From Octopus sinensis (lineage: Eukaryota), in NCBI RefSeq assembly GCF_006345805.1, contig NC_043004.1, forward strand, positions 83,886,001-83,950,000: 64,000 nt of DNA, in the 5' to 3' direction. Shown here piece after piece: positions 1 to 12,631 of this stretch (the first letter of the stretch is position 1; every line of letters starts with the position of its first letter). The translations under genes and the position numbers were made by a program. Below the pieces are notes generated by a model that did no database searches, had not been told where the DNA came from, and saw only the letters and a program-made list of their open reading frames with translations.

Positions 1-329
1 GTGAATGTATATCATTTGTCATGTAGATTCGTAAGTGTTTTTCTTTCTTTTCTTCTATTACGAGTATTTTGCAAAATTATGACATCGAATTTCCAATAAA
101 TGAATAAATATGATACTCCTCGTATCATACTGCTGTTACTACTGTAATTCCATTCGTATAACTATAACAGCAAAATACAATTTTCTTATATACTGATGAT
201 GTAGTAAGCATTGCAACTACTTCTTTTGTATATTTGCTGCCTTAATATAAATCACGAATACATCTTATCGCATAATGTAAATATATAAATATATATTTAT
301 ATTATATAATTACAAACAGACGCATACAC

Positions 330-378
330 AACAACACACACATATATACATGAACATACACACACACACATATATATA

Positions 379-431
<53 letters not shown>

Positions 432-436
432 CATAT

Positions 437-491
<55 letters not shown>

Positions 492-508
492 CATGTATAT
501 ATATATAT
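330..508. repeat. (CA)n/(TA)n compound microsatellite
   Basis: Directly visible dinucleotide tracts. They explain the YI/HT-repeat ORFs at 297-563. Confidence 0.95.
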
Positions 509-3500
509 TTGTTATGTAATGCTGGTATCTGTATAAAAAGTACGCCTCTACTGTGTTAAACAAAAGCTAGAGAGTTATGTGCAATGATATAGAGTGGAGG
601 ATTCCAGAAGAGCTGGTAGCAGACATGGGCTTCTATATCTATAGCAGGCCCTGAACAGAGCATCACTGCATTGATCCAAATGTCCAACACTTCTCGTCTT
701 TAATAAGAAACAGGTAATTCAATATTTTGGGCCTAAAAACCTACAGCTGTTTAATATCTTTCCACTAAACATGTGTGTTATATTTGAAATAGTTCTGGAT
801 GTTTCCAACATGTACTTTGATATTTTGATGCCCAAAATCATAGATCAACCAACATCTCATCAAAGAAATTGAAACAAGCTAAATAAGAACAAACTCCCTC
901 ATTCATTAAAAGCCATGTACATATGAATGAGCTTTGAGTGGATGATGGTAATGTCGGTGCCGCAATATGTACATAACGTTTAGGCTGAAAATCATAAAGG
1001 ATAACTAAATAGGTTAAAACAGAACATTAAATTTTAATATCGCCTATATATTTCTGTTGCAAGATTCTCGATGGATGTGAAATCGTGTGTTGAAACAGAT
1101 ATTGTTATACTTGGGGATGGACATATTTTGCCAGTTAACCACGTGCATTATACAGTCTGTATTTGTGTTTCTTTTCTTCTCATTCTGTCTTTAATCGTCT
1201 GATTGCGTATGGTTCCAAATGGCAACTACACAATTCCGACCACAGGTACTCCTGGTCCACTTCGTTGGCTGGCACACCGAGCTGGAATCTTAAATCCACA
1301 GAAGACGAATCTTCGCCACAATTGGCCGCAACAATTTTCAATGACTGGAACAAACTTCAGTTTTTTCGGCGGGGATACGCCCCCATAATTTTTTCAACAA
1401 GCAAAAATCACAATAGCCGCCGAGACAGGCGAAATTGTCCCAGAGCTGGGCGAAATTTACTGAAAAAAATTTCCAAGCAATAAATTACGCACAGCTCAAA
1501 ACAAACAAAATCACCTACCTCGAACGGACTTCTTCTTAATTTTCAGTTTTAGGACGGAGCACACTAGCTCATGTCCTCCTTGTTCAAGTGTTGAAGCAAA
1601 ACACCAATTCGTATGTGCGGAAGCAAGCTATTTACAGCACAGCCACTGCTGCACCTATATGTGAAAGTATTATCTGTTGATAATATCTTCACATATGTGT
1701 TAACAATCGAATCTTTTAATCGAGCATATTGATAGAACACTGGCAAGCTTTAGCCCGCCAGTATTGTTGAGCGCCTGTTCACCTATGCAACTTGCAGTCT
1801 CCTCAATGTTTGTGTCTTGTGTATACATCCACAAGAACCCCACATGCTAAAGATAGAATGGGAACGAAGACATAACCCCACGCACACACATGCACACAAG
1901 CACACATACACTTAAAAACACATAAAGACAAATAGAAACGCATGCGCACTTAATGATAGATGCCATAGAATGAGAAAATTAAATATGCCGAACAAGAGAA
2001 GACAAGTGGAATAAAGAGTTGCTGTAGCAGAAAGTGGATGTGTCATAAAAGTGATTTGATAAAGAAACTAAAAACAAATGATAATAAAGCTAAAGTGAAG
2101 ACCAAACCTATGGTGTGTGTTTAATTGGCTAATATGATTCTCCGTAGGTATAACAATAAACGTTGATAGTTTCACTAAATTTGATGGAGAACATGCAATA
2201 AACCATTTCTGTTTACTGAATAGCCTTGCATCGCATGTTGGCTTCTATTCCTAACGAATCATGTTCTCGCCATCCAAGATGCAGTGGGCGTTCTGTTTTT
2301 GCGTGTTGATACTGTGCCGCGTCAGGTTTATCAGATTCACTTTGTGGAAGACAGAGAGAGAGAGAGCATCATTATTCCTATGAGATATTTGTAACTTGTC
2401 GATGACTCAGAGTTTAATCCGACTTTTTTGAAAGGTAAAATAAAACACGAAAAAAGAAACCTATCAAGATTAGATAACATCAAGCTACAACTGAATGCAG
2501 AATCTGGATTTAGCTGGATGTATCCAGATACCTGTCGCACTCGTATATTGTCAAGGCATTAATGGTATTTCCACTCGTTTATTTGAAAAGAAAGATGTAA
2601 GTGAATGTTGACATTTATGGATTCGTCAATACAAATTTTAAAAGCTGTTTTACTACATAATGGAAATTTAAAACCATCTTGCCATACCGCTCACACAAAA
2701 CTTTAAATATATAACGTTACATTATCAAGATGATCCCTTTTTAATGCAATTCAATACAACGGATGCCAATGAAATGGTAGGGAACTTTCAAATAAATTGT
2801 GTTTTTCAAAAAACATAAAAAGGAGAATCACCAACTATCGATGCATTTTATGTCTTCGGAACAATCGTACAATTACGCAGCATTATTATAGAAGAGAATG
2901 GCCCACCTTCTCTGCATACATCTCTGGAAGAAATATCATTTACTCATCCATTAATTCGTCCGAATGATATAGTTTTACTACCGCTTCACATAAAATTTCT
3001 TTCAATCAAAATATTTGTTGAAGACGTGCGTTAGAAGGTTTCCAAATCTCTGAGAAATTTTGCAAAAATTAAGTGAAGCGAAAATGAATAACCAGCCAAA
3101 ATGTATTAGAATCTAAAGTATTTGAAAAAGCATTATCAGAAACAGAGCTAAAACCTTCACAAAGCTTAGAATTTGGTCGCTCTTAAGGATTCTTCATTTC
3201 CATCTTAAGCATGAACACTGACTAAAGCTTTTAAACATATGAGTTATCACGCGCGTATTAAATTTTATTTTATTTCTTATGCATACAAGTAGATTACTTA
3301 TTCTGAAAATCCTAGTTTTGAGCAATGCAAATAAATTCATCACAACATATAAACTTCTGAAAGTCCCTAAAAAAACAGCAAAGAAATTACTATGGTGCAT
3401 CACTGATGGATTACTTACAATGATAATTCGAGTAGCATGTGCTGGAAACTACGCATGTTTCACCCCATTTATTTTTGTGGATGGTTTGTATACAATATAT

Positions 3501-4019
3501 GTGCTGACGCATGTAATACGCATATACTATCTATCTATCTAAAGCTCTGACCCTTCTCACTATCTCTCTCTCTCTCTCTGTATATATATACACCGACACA
3601 CACACACATCTCTCTATATATATGTGGACATATAGATGTACATATACATATAGATATACATATGTGTACACTTCTATTGGTGTGTAGGCGTATGTGTGTC
3701 TCTTTTGATTCAATCCCCAATTACCCTCATCTTCTTAAACGAAAATTAGCATCTGCTGCCAAGCAAATGTATCGGTTGCACAAAGAAAAAAGAAACACGT
3801 TCACAATCTGCATTAGATATTCATTACAAAAATGCAAATTACTTCCAGAAATCTGATGAAGGAATATTTCAACTTCTTTAACACAATGTCATTCAGTTCT
3901 TTGCTGATCTTTCAAGTAAAGAAGAGTATTCTCGCTACACGATACAGTTTCGTATTTATTTTCCTATTACTAATGCATACAGACGCATGTGTGTGTGTGT
4001 CTATGTCTGTGCACATGCG

Positions 4020-4054
<35 letters not shown>

Positions 4055-4064
4055 TATAAGACAG

Positions 4065-4278
4065 TGAGCCTGCAGGATCGTTAGCACGCCGTGCAAAATG
4101 CTTAGCATCATTTCGTATCGTTTTTCTATTTTAAGATCTAAGTTGAAATTCCGTCAACGTTGACCTTGTTATTCATCTTTTTGGAGTCGATAAAATAAGT
4201 ACTAGCTGAGCATTTCGATCAATGCAATCGACTCAAAACCTCCATTGGATTTGCTGACCTTATGCCAACATTTGAAAC
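4065..4278 (+). mobile_element. Degenerate tRNA-derived SINE, family B
   Basis: 'gcaggatcgttagcacgccgtgcaaaatgcttagc...gtcgataaaataagtactag' matches the reverse complement of the better copies at 30082-30308 and 60585-60982. Confidence 0.75.
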
Positions 4279-4458
4279 AGTGGTCTATATATATATATAT
4301 ATATATAAAATTTATGAGATGTAGAAGATGCCAGAATGGTTTTTCAAGACTACAGCTGTTTCTACGGATGTGATATTTCTGATTTAGGTGCATCTGTCAG
4401 TGTAGCTGTGTTTTATCAGGTGATTTTCAGAGGTTAAAATAAATTCTGTATCGCAAGA

Positions 4459-4626
4459 TTTCTTCTTAGTTTTTGTCTAGGTGAATGACAAATTGAGGAA
4501 TATAGCTTCATACTTATAGAAGATCCATGAAAAATATCAAATATTTGATATTTTTCATGGACCTTCTATAAGTATAAAGCTGTTTTCCTCAATTTGCCAT
4601 TCACGTAGACAAAGACCAAGAAGAAA
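4459..4626. repeat. 168-bp spacerless imperfect palindrome
   Basis: Arms 4459-4542 and 4543-4626 are reverse complements with about 8 mismatches; centre 'atcaaat|atttgat'. Confidence 0.9.
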
Positions 4627-5908
4627 GAAACAAACCGAATTTTTTTAGATGCAAACGTTAGTCAGTATGGATGTATAAACACCAACACATATGTGATCTG
4701 GCACACGTACACTCGGTCGTATGAATGCATGCGCACGTACAAGCACACTCACACGCGTCTTTCGGTGCACATATGCTTGCTAATACGATCACTTAGATAT
4801 TAATAAAGCCATTGCCTATTAATTGTTAGTGATAAGACTCCGCTTAGTGAGGAGTCACATATTCTGTCGTGCTGTTCACTGAGCCTAGCAGGTATACTTA
4901 CAGCATTGTACAATAGGGTGGAGTGAAAATAAAAGAAATGTGAAAATTGAAAATGCCCGGTGCCTAAAATGTTGCTATAGTTAAACCCTTTTTTTGTGGA
5001 AGATCAAAGGATAAATTTTCGATAAGATCAATCAAGAGCTTTTATTCCTTCAGGTTCCCCAAACTTCGAAAATAAAAGATATTTTGTAACCGCTTTACAA
5101 TAGCGCTAAAAGTATGAAATATATGTCAATACACACTATATCCAGATTAGTTTATTATTCAATGTGAAAAAGAAAGACGACGGTTGCATGAAAATCTGTT
5201 TATGTTTTCGTAAATTATGTACTTTCTCTATTAATCAATGTTTGTTTTTTCCAGGTTAAAACTGATTTTTAGTATTACATTTTTTTAAGGATACATGACA
5301 TTATATTCTGGCACGAATAAAGCTCTCCCTATTGGCCTCTGCACATACTGCAAGTGAAGCTTCACTGACCATTCTTACTGCTTTTTCAACACTGTGAGAG
5401 TGGCAAGGAAACTTTTTAAACTCTATTCTAGGAATACTTTGATCTTCCAGAAGAGAAGGTAGTGCTTCATTTTCGACTAGTCTTAGTGAAGGCAGGCCAG
5501 ATGTTTGGCATTCTCCCCCATGATATGAGCACGGTGTACTCTCTGTCTGAACAGTTTCTTTCTGGTACTTGAAATTTTCTGATGCGGCGTTCATGTTATT
5601 TCGAATATCGAAACGAAAGGAGCCTTCTTATTGCGAGTTCACAGATGTAAACTCGATCATCTCACAACATACTCAAGTGAATGTTCTCGAGGGGAGGGGG
5701 AGAAAAACCCACTTTTTGGATGAAATTTTCAGTAATTCTTTGATATTGATTTGGAAGATATTTTGAAAGCGCAATCATTTAAAATAAATGCAGAAATCCA
5801 ACGCTGCATAGTGGTGTACATTTAATTTTACACCAAACTCGAGTTTACACTTGCATCACAAATGTTGCCAAAGCTGCAAGCCCATCAGAAGGACAAATGT
5901 TTGTAACA

Positions 5909-6071
5909 AGGTGCAAGAGTGGCTGTGTGATAAGTAGCTTATTTACCAACCACATGGTTCCGGGTTCAGTCCCACTGCATGACAACTTGAGTGTACTCTA
6001 CTATACAGTCGGGCCGACCACAGCCTTATGAGTGAATTTGGTAGAAAGAAACTGAAAGAAGCCCGTCGTAT

Positions 6072-6142
<71 letters not shown>

Positions 6143-6333
6143 TATATATATATGTGTGTGTGTGTTGTGTGTGTGTGTGTGTATGTGTATGTATGTGTGT
6201 GTGTGCGTGTGAGTGTTTGTGTTTCTGTGGTTGTCATCTCACCATCACTGAACAAGTCCTGAGTTCGATTTGCTCGACTAAAGGTGATGCTCTAGCATGG
6301 CCGCAGTCAGATGACTGAAGCAAGAAAAAGAAT
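5909..6333 (+). mobile_element. tRNA-derived SINE, family A, inserted in the transposase
   Basis: A-box-like 'tggctgtgtgataag', B-box-like 'ggttcagtccc', internal (TA)n(TG)n tract, 3' tail 'ggtgatgctctagcatggccgcagtcagatgactgaa'. Confidence 0.9.
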
Positions 6334-6683
6334 ATACTCGAAAGCTTCCAATGCTGGTAGTTAGCTATCTGGAATAAGTAGCTGGTCTAGGTTTTCTGTG
6401 ATCCAGGTCGTCATTTATTAAACCAAAAAGCATAATATCTCACACTTAATAGGAACGAATTTGACAAAAGAATGATTTTCACACTCTTTTATTTCATTTC
6501 CAATTGTTCCAGACAAGCTCAAGGGTCCTGATGCTGAACCGTCAATAAATACGAATAAGTGCCTCAACAATAATTCCATTGTGTGAAGGAGACAGATTAA
6601 GCATCGGAGTGGACGCTCAATACTATCTTCTAGCGATCGAATGACACCGTTATCGATTCCAAATTTTACATTCGTCCCATTAC

Positions 6684-6868
6684 TAATTGTACTTGTACTT
6701 GTGGCGACATTCATCCTGAGTTGAATCGGCTTCTTCTACCACCCTCGAGGCATCTCGAACCATAGCAGCCCAAGCACGACGGTCCTGCGCCAGTTCACTG
6801 GAGATAGCGAGCCAGTCACGGTTTCATTCTTCCATAAATTCGCAATGACGAATACAATGGCGAATACA
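6684..6868 (-). mobile_element. 5'-truncated RTE-type LINE 3' end with 14-bp TSD
   Basis: Minus strand encodes 'DWLAISSELAQDRRAWAAMVRDA' followed by a (CAAGTA)2 tail. Exact direct repeat attcgtcccattac at 6670-6683 and 6869-6882. Confidence 0.8.
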
Positions 6869-8967
6869 ATTCGTCCCATTACATCCAACGACAGTTATAT
6901 CATCCAAAGCAATATCGCTTTCAGCGAAGAATGATAATATCGTTGATGCTATAGCTGATGACTGACCAGAACCAGGGATAACATGAACAACATAGAGTGC
7001 ATATGTGCCCTTCAGTCACAACGACGTCTTCTTCAGAACCGATCTGAGAATAGAATTTGGTTCCTTTTTATACTTGAATACTTGTTTCTTTTTTTTTCTG
7101 TCAAAGTAGAGTGCTTCTAAGTTTTGAACGTCGCAACCTCTTGATAGAATACTTCTGCATTTGGTTCATTCTCTTCTTATTTTAGAACGGTGTATTACAT
7201 GATCATGATCTTCTTTTGTTACTATGGTTAAATCTGTGAATAGGTCAGTAGCAACAACTGCTGCAGAACGGGCTGACATCACCATATCTATCACATTCTA
7301 TTGCAACTTTTGGTAAATTAATTCTCAGTTGCTTATATACTTTTCCTTCATTTCTGGCTTCACGGCAGATATCCGTTTTCGAGGAACATTTCCTATTTTC
7401 TCGCGCAGAACTATCCACTTACATTTCTTTTTTATACATTTTTTTCTAGTCACTTTTCCTTCGCAATAATATTTCGTTGTGTTGCACGCCAGTCTACTTC
7501 ACCAATAAACATATTCCTCTGAGTCCTTTGATCATCTAAATAGTATTTTTCTTCTAGAGGCTTTTCATTATCTCTGCTGCATACACACTCACTGAATACT
7601 TCGCATTTGCAGCAGGCTATATCCAGTAAGTTTCCAAAAAGTAGTCTAAATTCAGACATTTTTTATCGCAAACATCACTACCCAATTCGACCAAGATTTT
7701 TCGTTAGATGGCAACATTTCTCATACTATGATTCTAATAATTGACTTATACGTTGAAAAGATCGGTAAGACATGGATGCTCAATTCTATATCTCAATAAG
7801 ATAGGTAGCTAGTCTTGAGGATATGCTATCAACTACACCTGGATTTGGAAGTTTTTCATAAGACGTTATGTACATGAAATTACATAAAACATAGCTCACT
7901 TTTGGAAGAACGTTATCTTCAAAAGGTATGATGGTCCCTAAAATAGGACACTCGAAAGATCTTGTCGTTATGTTAGTAGTCACTACACGTAAGTATATAA
8001 CAACGGAAAAAAAACCTTTCCAGGAACACAATAATTCTTTTCCATATAACTAAGAAAATGAAACTGTTTGAGCAGTGACATGTTATGAAACGAAATGAAT
8101 GAAACCAAGTTTCTACAAGAAATGGTCTCACCCATGATTTAAAAGCGTGACAAGCGTTCAGTCAAAACAAATTTAAACCTGTTTATGCAAGCGGGTGTCA
8201 ATATTCTGCAGATTCATCCACGCAGTCCAGCGTGTGTTTTATCGGACAAATTTATAAATGAAAAATACATAACTTCCGAACTAATAAACGGATTTTCATG
8301 CGACCCTCATCATTCTTTTTCTCATTGAATAATAAACATTACTATGTAGAGTGAGATTTGACAGAAATTCCATAGTTTTAGCTCTATTGTAAAAAATTTA
8401 CTAAAATCCTCCATTTTCGGATTTTGAGGAGTTTGGGGGAGTAAATTCACTTCGTCGATTTAATAGAAAAGTTCGCATTTTCTAGTAATAATATATAGCA
8501 AGATCTTAAACCTCAGGCATTTTCAATTTATATAATTTAAAAAAAAATTATTTCCCCTTCAGACTATTATACAGTTATAAATATGGACGTCAATACTTAC
8601 GTAGTAGATGTTTAGTTTTTGAATGCCTGATGTACCAGCCGAGAGCGTGTAGACAGCATCAATGCCGGACTTAGCAGTAGGCAGGCGTAGGTTTTTTTTG
8701 TGTTTCCATCCCACGGATTTCGATACTTATTCTAAGACTCAAGTTGGCATTTGTCTTACTTTAAGTGATGAACTGGCCAAGAACTATCCAACTCATGTTG
8801 GCAACTCGTGTGGCATTATGTTTTTACTTTATTACACATACACACACATACACACGCACACACATATACAAACGCGCGCCCACACATACGCGCGCACACA
8901 TAACTCACACACGCACACACATACACACACGCACATACATACATACACATAGATACACACGCACACG

Positions 8968-9019
<52 letters not shown>

Positions 9020-9045
9020 CATATATATATACATATATACATTTA

Positions 9046-9225
9046 TATAGGAAGAGTTTACGAAAACAACAAAAGACGAAGACAGGTGGTGTACAAAACA
9101 AACAGATGTATTAGTATAATCCTCAGGAATAGAAGAAGTCGTTTACGTTTCGAGACTACGCTCTTCTACAGAAAGGGACAGAAAAAACAAGGAGAGAAAC
9201 AAGGAGAGAAAAAAAGGAGAGAAAA
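9046..9225 (-). mobile_element. Penelope-type terminal remnant with a minimal hammerhead-like motif (9137-9179)
   Basis: Minus strand reads gtcccttt-CTGTAGA-A-GAG cgtagt CTC-GAAA-CG-TA. A homologous copy lies on + at 32850-32990. Both abut (TA)n. Confidence 0.55.
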
Positions 9226-9241
9226 AATATATATCTTAATG

Positions 9242-9295
<54 letters not shown>

Positions 9296-10129
9296 TAATG
9301 TGTACGTGAGCCGGGAATTATCGCGGTCATTAAAGACACCCGTCATATTCTCTTTTACGTCTGTTTTATCTAATTGTAATATTAAGTCGTTATCAGATTC
9401 GATCAGGGATCACCGAAAGTCTATCCCGTGATACTATTTTCTTGTTGTCTAGAACTTCATATAATTTGACCGCTGATTGTCATAAGAGAATTAGTTATTT
9501 CTTGCTTCGGTTCCATTCTTCTTGTTATTGATTTTCTAGTCATACTGTACTTATTGTTCACGCACATATTACCATGATTTTTTGTTTCATGTCTGTTATG
9601 CCATAGTGTATGTTTTCTTTCCATTCATAGATCACTAAACGTTAATTCTATAAAACTCTTTTCCATGCATTCTCAGTGTTCTGTGTCATCCAATATTTAC
9701 TTTGAACATTCTCTATGATGCTATTATTGTGTTATGATTGCTGAATATATTATGTAATGTTGTAAGAATGTGTATTTACTTGAAAACAATATCTTCGAAC
9801 TTTCTTCTTTCTCTTTATATTGTTCTTTCTTCTTTGATATAATTCCACATTTCTTGTTACTATTTTTCTACCTTAGTAAAGAATTGTTTAAAAATGTCAA
9901 CATTTCGTTTATTTCACGTTTATTATTACAATGTATGGTGTTCGCTAGTCAAAGTTCACGTTAGAATTTAGTAAACAAGTATTATATTCAAATAATACTA
10001 AATTTTATGTCGTCTTCAGTATCTCGCAAAGTGAATTTACCGTCATACTTTGACTTAAATATAAACTGCAGGACGATATCATTAGATTTCCAATCTCCTC
10101 GACTAGATCGTACAAACACGGCAAATGTT

Positions 10130-10541
10130 AGCTTCAAGTTGAGGCCAGCAAATTTGAAGGAGTGAATAAGTTGATTACATCAATCACAGCATTCAAGTGA
10201 TACTTTTTAATGGACCCAAAAACGATGAAAACAATGTCAATCTTAGCAGAATTTGAACTCGTAACGTAAAGATAGACGAAATGCCGTTAAGCATTTAGTC
10301 CGGCGTGCTAACTTACCTTATTTCTTTATTGCTCACAAGGGGCTAAACACGTAGGAGACAAACAAAGACAAACAAAGATATTAAGTCGATTACATCGACC
10401 CCAATGCATAACTGGTACTTACTTCATTGACCCCCGAAAGGATGAAAGGCAAAGTGGACCTCGGTGGAATTTGAACTCAGAACATAAAGACAGATGAAAT
10501 ACTCCTAAGTATCTCACCCGGCGTGCTAATGTTTCTGCCAG
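10130..10541 (-). mobile_element. Tandem/nested SINE family B copies
   Basis: 'gaaaggatgaaaggcaaagtggacctcggtggaatttgaactcagaac' and 'ccggcgtgctaa' each occur twice. Confidence 0.85.
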
Positions 10542-10555
10542 GTAACAACCTTAAT

Positions 10556-10872
10556 CGCAATGGCCCAGTGGGTAGGGCAGCAGACTCGCGGTCGGAGGAT
10601 TGCAGCAGTTTCGATTCCCAGACCAGGCGTTGTGTGTGTTTATTGAGCGAAAACACCTAAAAGCTCCACGAGGCTCCGACAGGGGGTGGTGGCGACCCCT
10701 GTTGTTCTCTTTCGTCCCAAATTTCTCTCACTCTCTCTTCCTGTTTCTTGAGTAACGCTGCGATGGACTGGCGACCCGTCCAGCTAGAGGGAACACATGC
10801 GCCACAGAAACCGGGAAACCGGGCTCATGAGCCTGGCTAGCTTTAAAAGCGCGCATAAATAATTAAAAAAAT
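10556..10872 (+). mobile_element. tRNA-derived SINE, family C, with V-domain-like core
   Basis: tRNA-like head 'tggcccagtgggtagggc...gtttcgattccc', core 'ctgcgatggactggcgacccgtccag', A-rich tail. Homologous to 26974-27285 and 43165-43465. Confidence 0.9.
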
Positions 10873-10876
10873 AATA

Positions 10877-11160
10877 AGACGAAATGCCGTTAAGCATTTA
10901 GCCCGGCGTGCTAAAGGGTTCTGCCCGGTTACAAGCTTAATACACAGAAAATATTGATTTCAAATTTTGGCACGAGGTCAGATATTTCGGTCGAGGGGTA
11001 AGGTCATTCCATTGACACTAGTACTCAGCTGGTGCTTATTTTATCGACCCCAAAATGATGAGAGACAACGTTAACCGCGGCGGAATATAAGCGTAAAGAT
11101 GGACGGAATGTTGTTAAGAATTTACACCGGAGTAATAACGGCTGTGCTATCTCAGTAACT
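10877..11160 (-). mobile_element. SINE family B fragments
   Basis: 'agacgaaatgccgttaagcatttagcccggcgtgctaa' and 'ttattttatcgacccc' motifs. Confidence 0.7.
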
Positions 11161-11443
11161 AATTATACGGCAAATACTAAAATCTGAGAAAAAGAAGTCA
11201 TTAACAACTGTGAGGTAAAAGTAATCCTGGAAAAGTACAAAATTATTCGAGAAAGTTCAATCCGAAAATAAATATTATGGTTTACCAATTAAAATATTTG
11301 TATAATACGCAGAAAATGTATATATTAACGGGGATGATATTTCGAACAATGTACGAACTGGCAACTGTATTTCCCGTACACTATATATGTGTGTGTGTGA
11401 GAGAGAGAGAAAGAGAGGGAGAGAGAGAGCGAGAGAAAGAGAG

Positions 11444-11489
<46 letters not shown>

Positions 11490-12031
11490 TATAAAGTTAA
11501 GATCCATGTGTCAATGTGTAGGATGATAGTAAATTTCGAGCAGTTTGTAGAAGGTATAAACGACAACGTTCAAGAAAATTTGGGGTTTCTTGACTTAAAA
11601 AATTCTAAATTGTTCCTATGTCGAAGTTCGATTAGCTGAAAAACCTTTTAATAGCTTTCGGTTACCTGCTGGATTTGCTGTGTATACAAATAGAAATCCA
11701 AAATTAGAGAACTGATTAGACCAAATCGAGTCTACATATGTTTCGTAGGTAGCAGAAACTCGGACGTATTCCTCATCTCAACAAGGTGTAATTGGCTAAC
11801 TTCTCTTCGGGTCAAAGTAACATTAATCGAAAGAAATTTACATTCTGGTCGAGGAATATCATGATAACTCTCAGAAGTTTCGATCAAAAATGCATGGAAA
11901 ACATAGAAATATGAATGCATATGCGTGTTTGTGTGTGTGTGTGGTGTGAGTGTATATATACTTATATACACACACATATATATATATATGTATATATATA
12001 TAAGTAAATGTACGTATATATATGCGTATGA

Positions 12032-12100
<69 letters not shown>

Positions 12101-12101
12101 T

Positions 12102-12149
<48 letters not shown>

Positions 12150-12610
12150 AAACATTACGTTATATAATTAGGGTTCAGCAAAATAAGTTACTTTACCACA
12201 CACCGAACTTTTAGAAATAGCTAAACAATTTTAGCTATTTCCTCTACTATAACGTCTCCCAGACAATGTATACTCAAAAATAATTCACGCAGGTATAGAG
12301 GGGAAAATAACGAAAGATCACACGTACATCGATTACTTGAGAACACCGTTTCTGGATTAGTTGGATATAGAGATCAACATTTCCCTCATCAGCCCAAGAT
12401 TTCTCTAGGTTTGAATTTGAGAGCAGACAAACCATCTTCGACCGCCAGTACTAACGAATTCAAAAAGTACGAATGAGTCTTTGTATCCTCCCTCGTATCC
12501 TCCCTTTGTATCCTACCAACTAATCCAGAAACGGCGTTCTCAGGTAATCGATGTACATGTGATCTTTCGTTATTTTTCCCTCTATACCTGCGTGAATTGT
12601 TTTTGAGTAT
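12150..12610 (-). mobile_element. Short Penelope-type element: pLTR remnant with ~97-bp inverted arm
   Basis: 12268-12364 and 12516-12610 are reverse complements with few mismatches. Contains a hammerhead motif and is flanked on both sides by (TA)n. Confidence 0.7.
12336..12398 (-). ncRNA. Type I hammerhead ribozyme motif (second family)
   Basis: Minus strand: stem I cttggg/ctcaag, core CTGATGA, weak stem II (GGA..TCC), GAAAC-GGT-GTT (NUH = GUU). Confidence 0.6.
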
Positions 12611-12631
12611 ATATATATATATATATAATAT

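Larger units (their letters stand above)
5301..8031 (-). pseudogene. Fragmented hATm-like transposase
   Basis: Minus-strand fragments in order: 'DIACCKC..CVC', 'VGCNGTNVKFG' (D->N in the CDGT motif), 'LICLLHTMELLLRHLF..DGSASGP', 'FPCHSHSVEKAVRMVSEAS'. Many stops and frameshifts; interrupted by a SINE and an RTE fragment. Confidence 0.7.
4914..8566 (-). mobile_element. Decayed hAT-superfamily (hATm-like) DNA transposon with ~200-bp imperfect TIRs
   Basis: Begins TAGGGTGG at 4914. 4914-5120 is an imperfect reverse complement of 8365-8566. Flanks ttgtacaa (4906-4913) and ttatacag (8567-8574) match 6/8, consistent with a decayed 8-bp TSD. Transposase fragments lie inside. Confidence 0.75.

Noticed and set aside
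1163-1483. 106-aa ORF as a host exon
   Set aside because: Non-ATG start, no recognisable domain and no clear splice signals.
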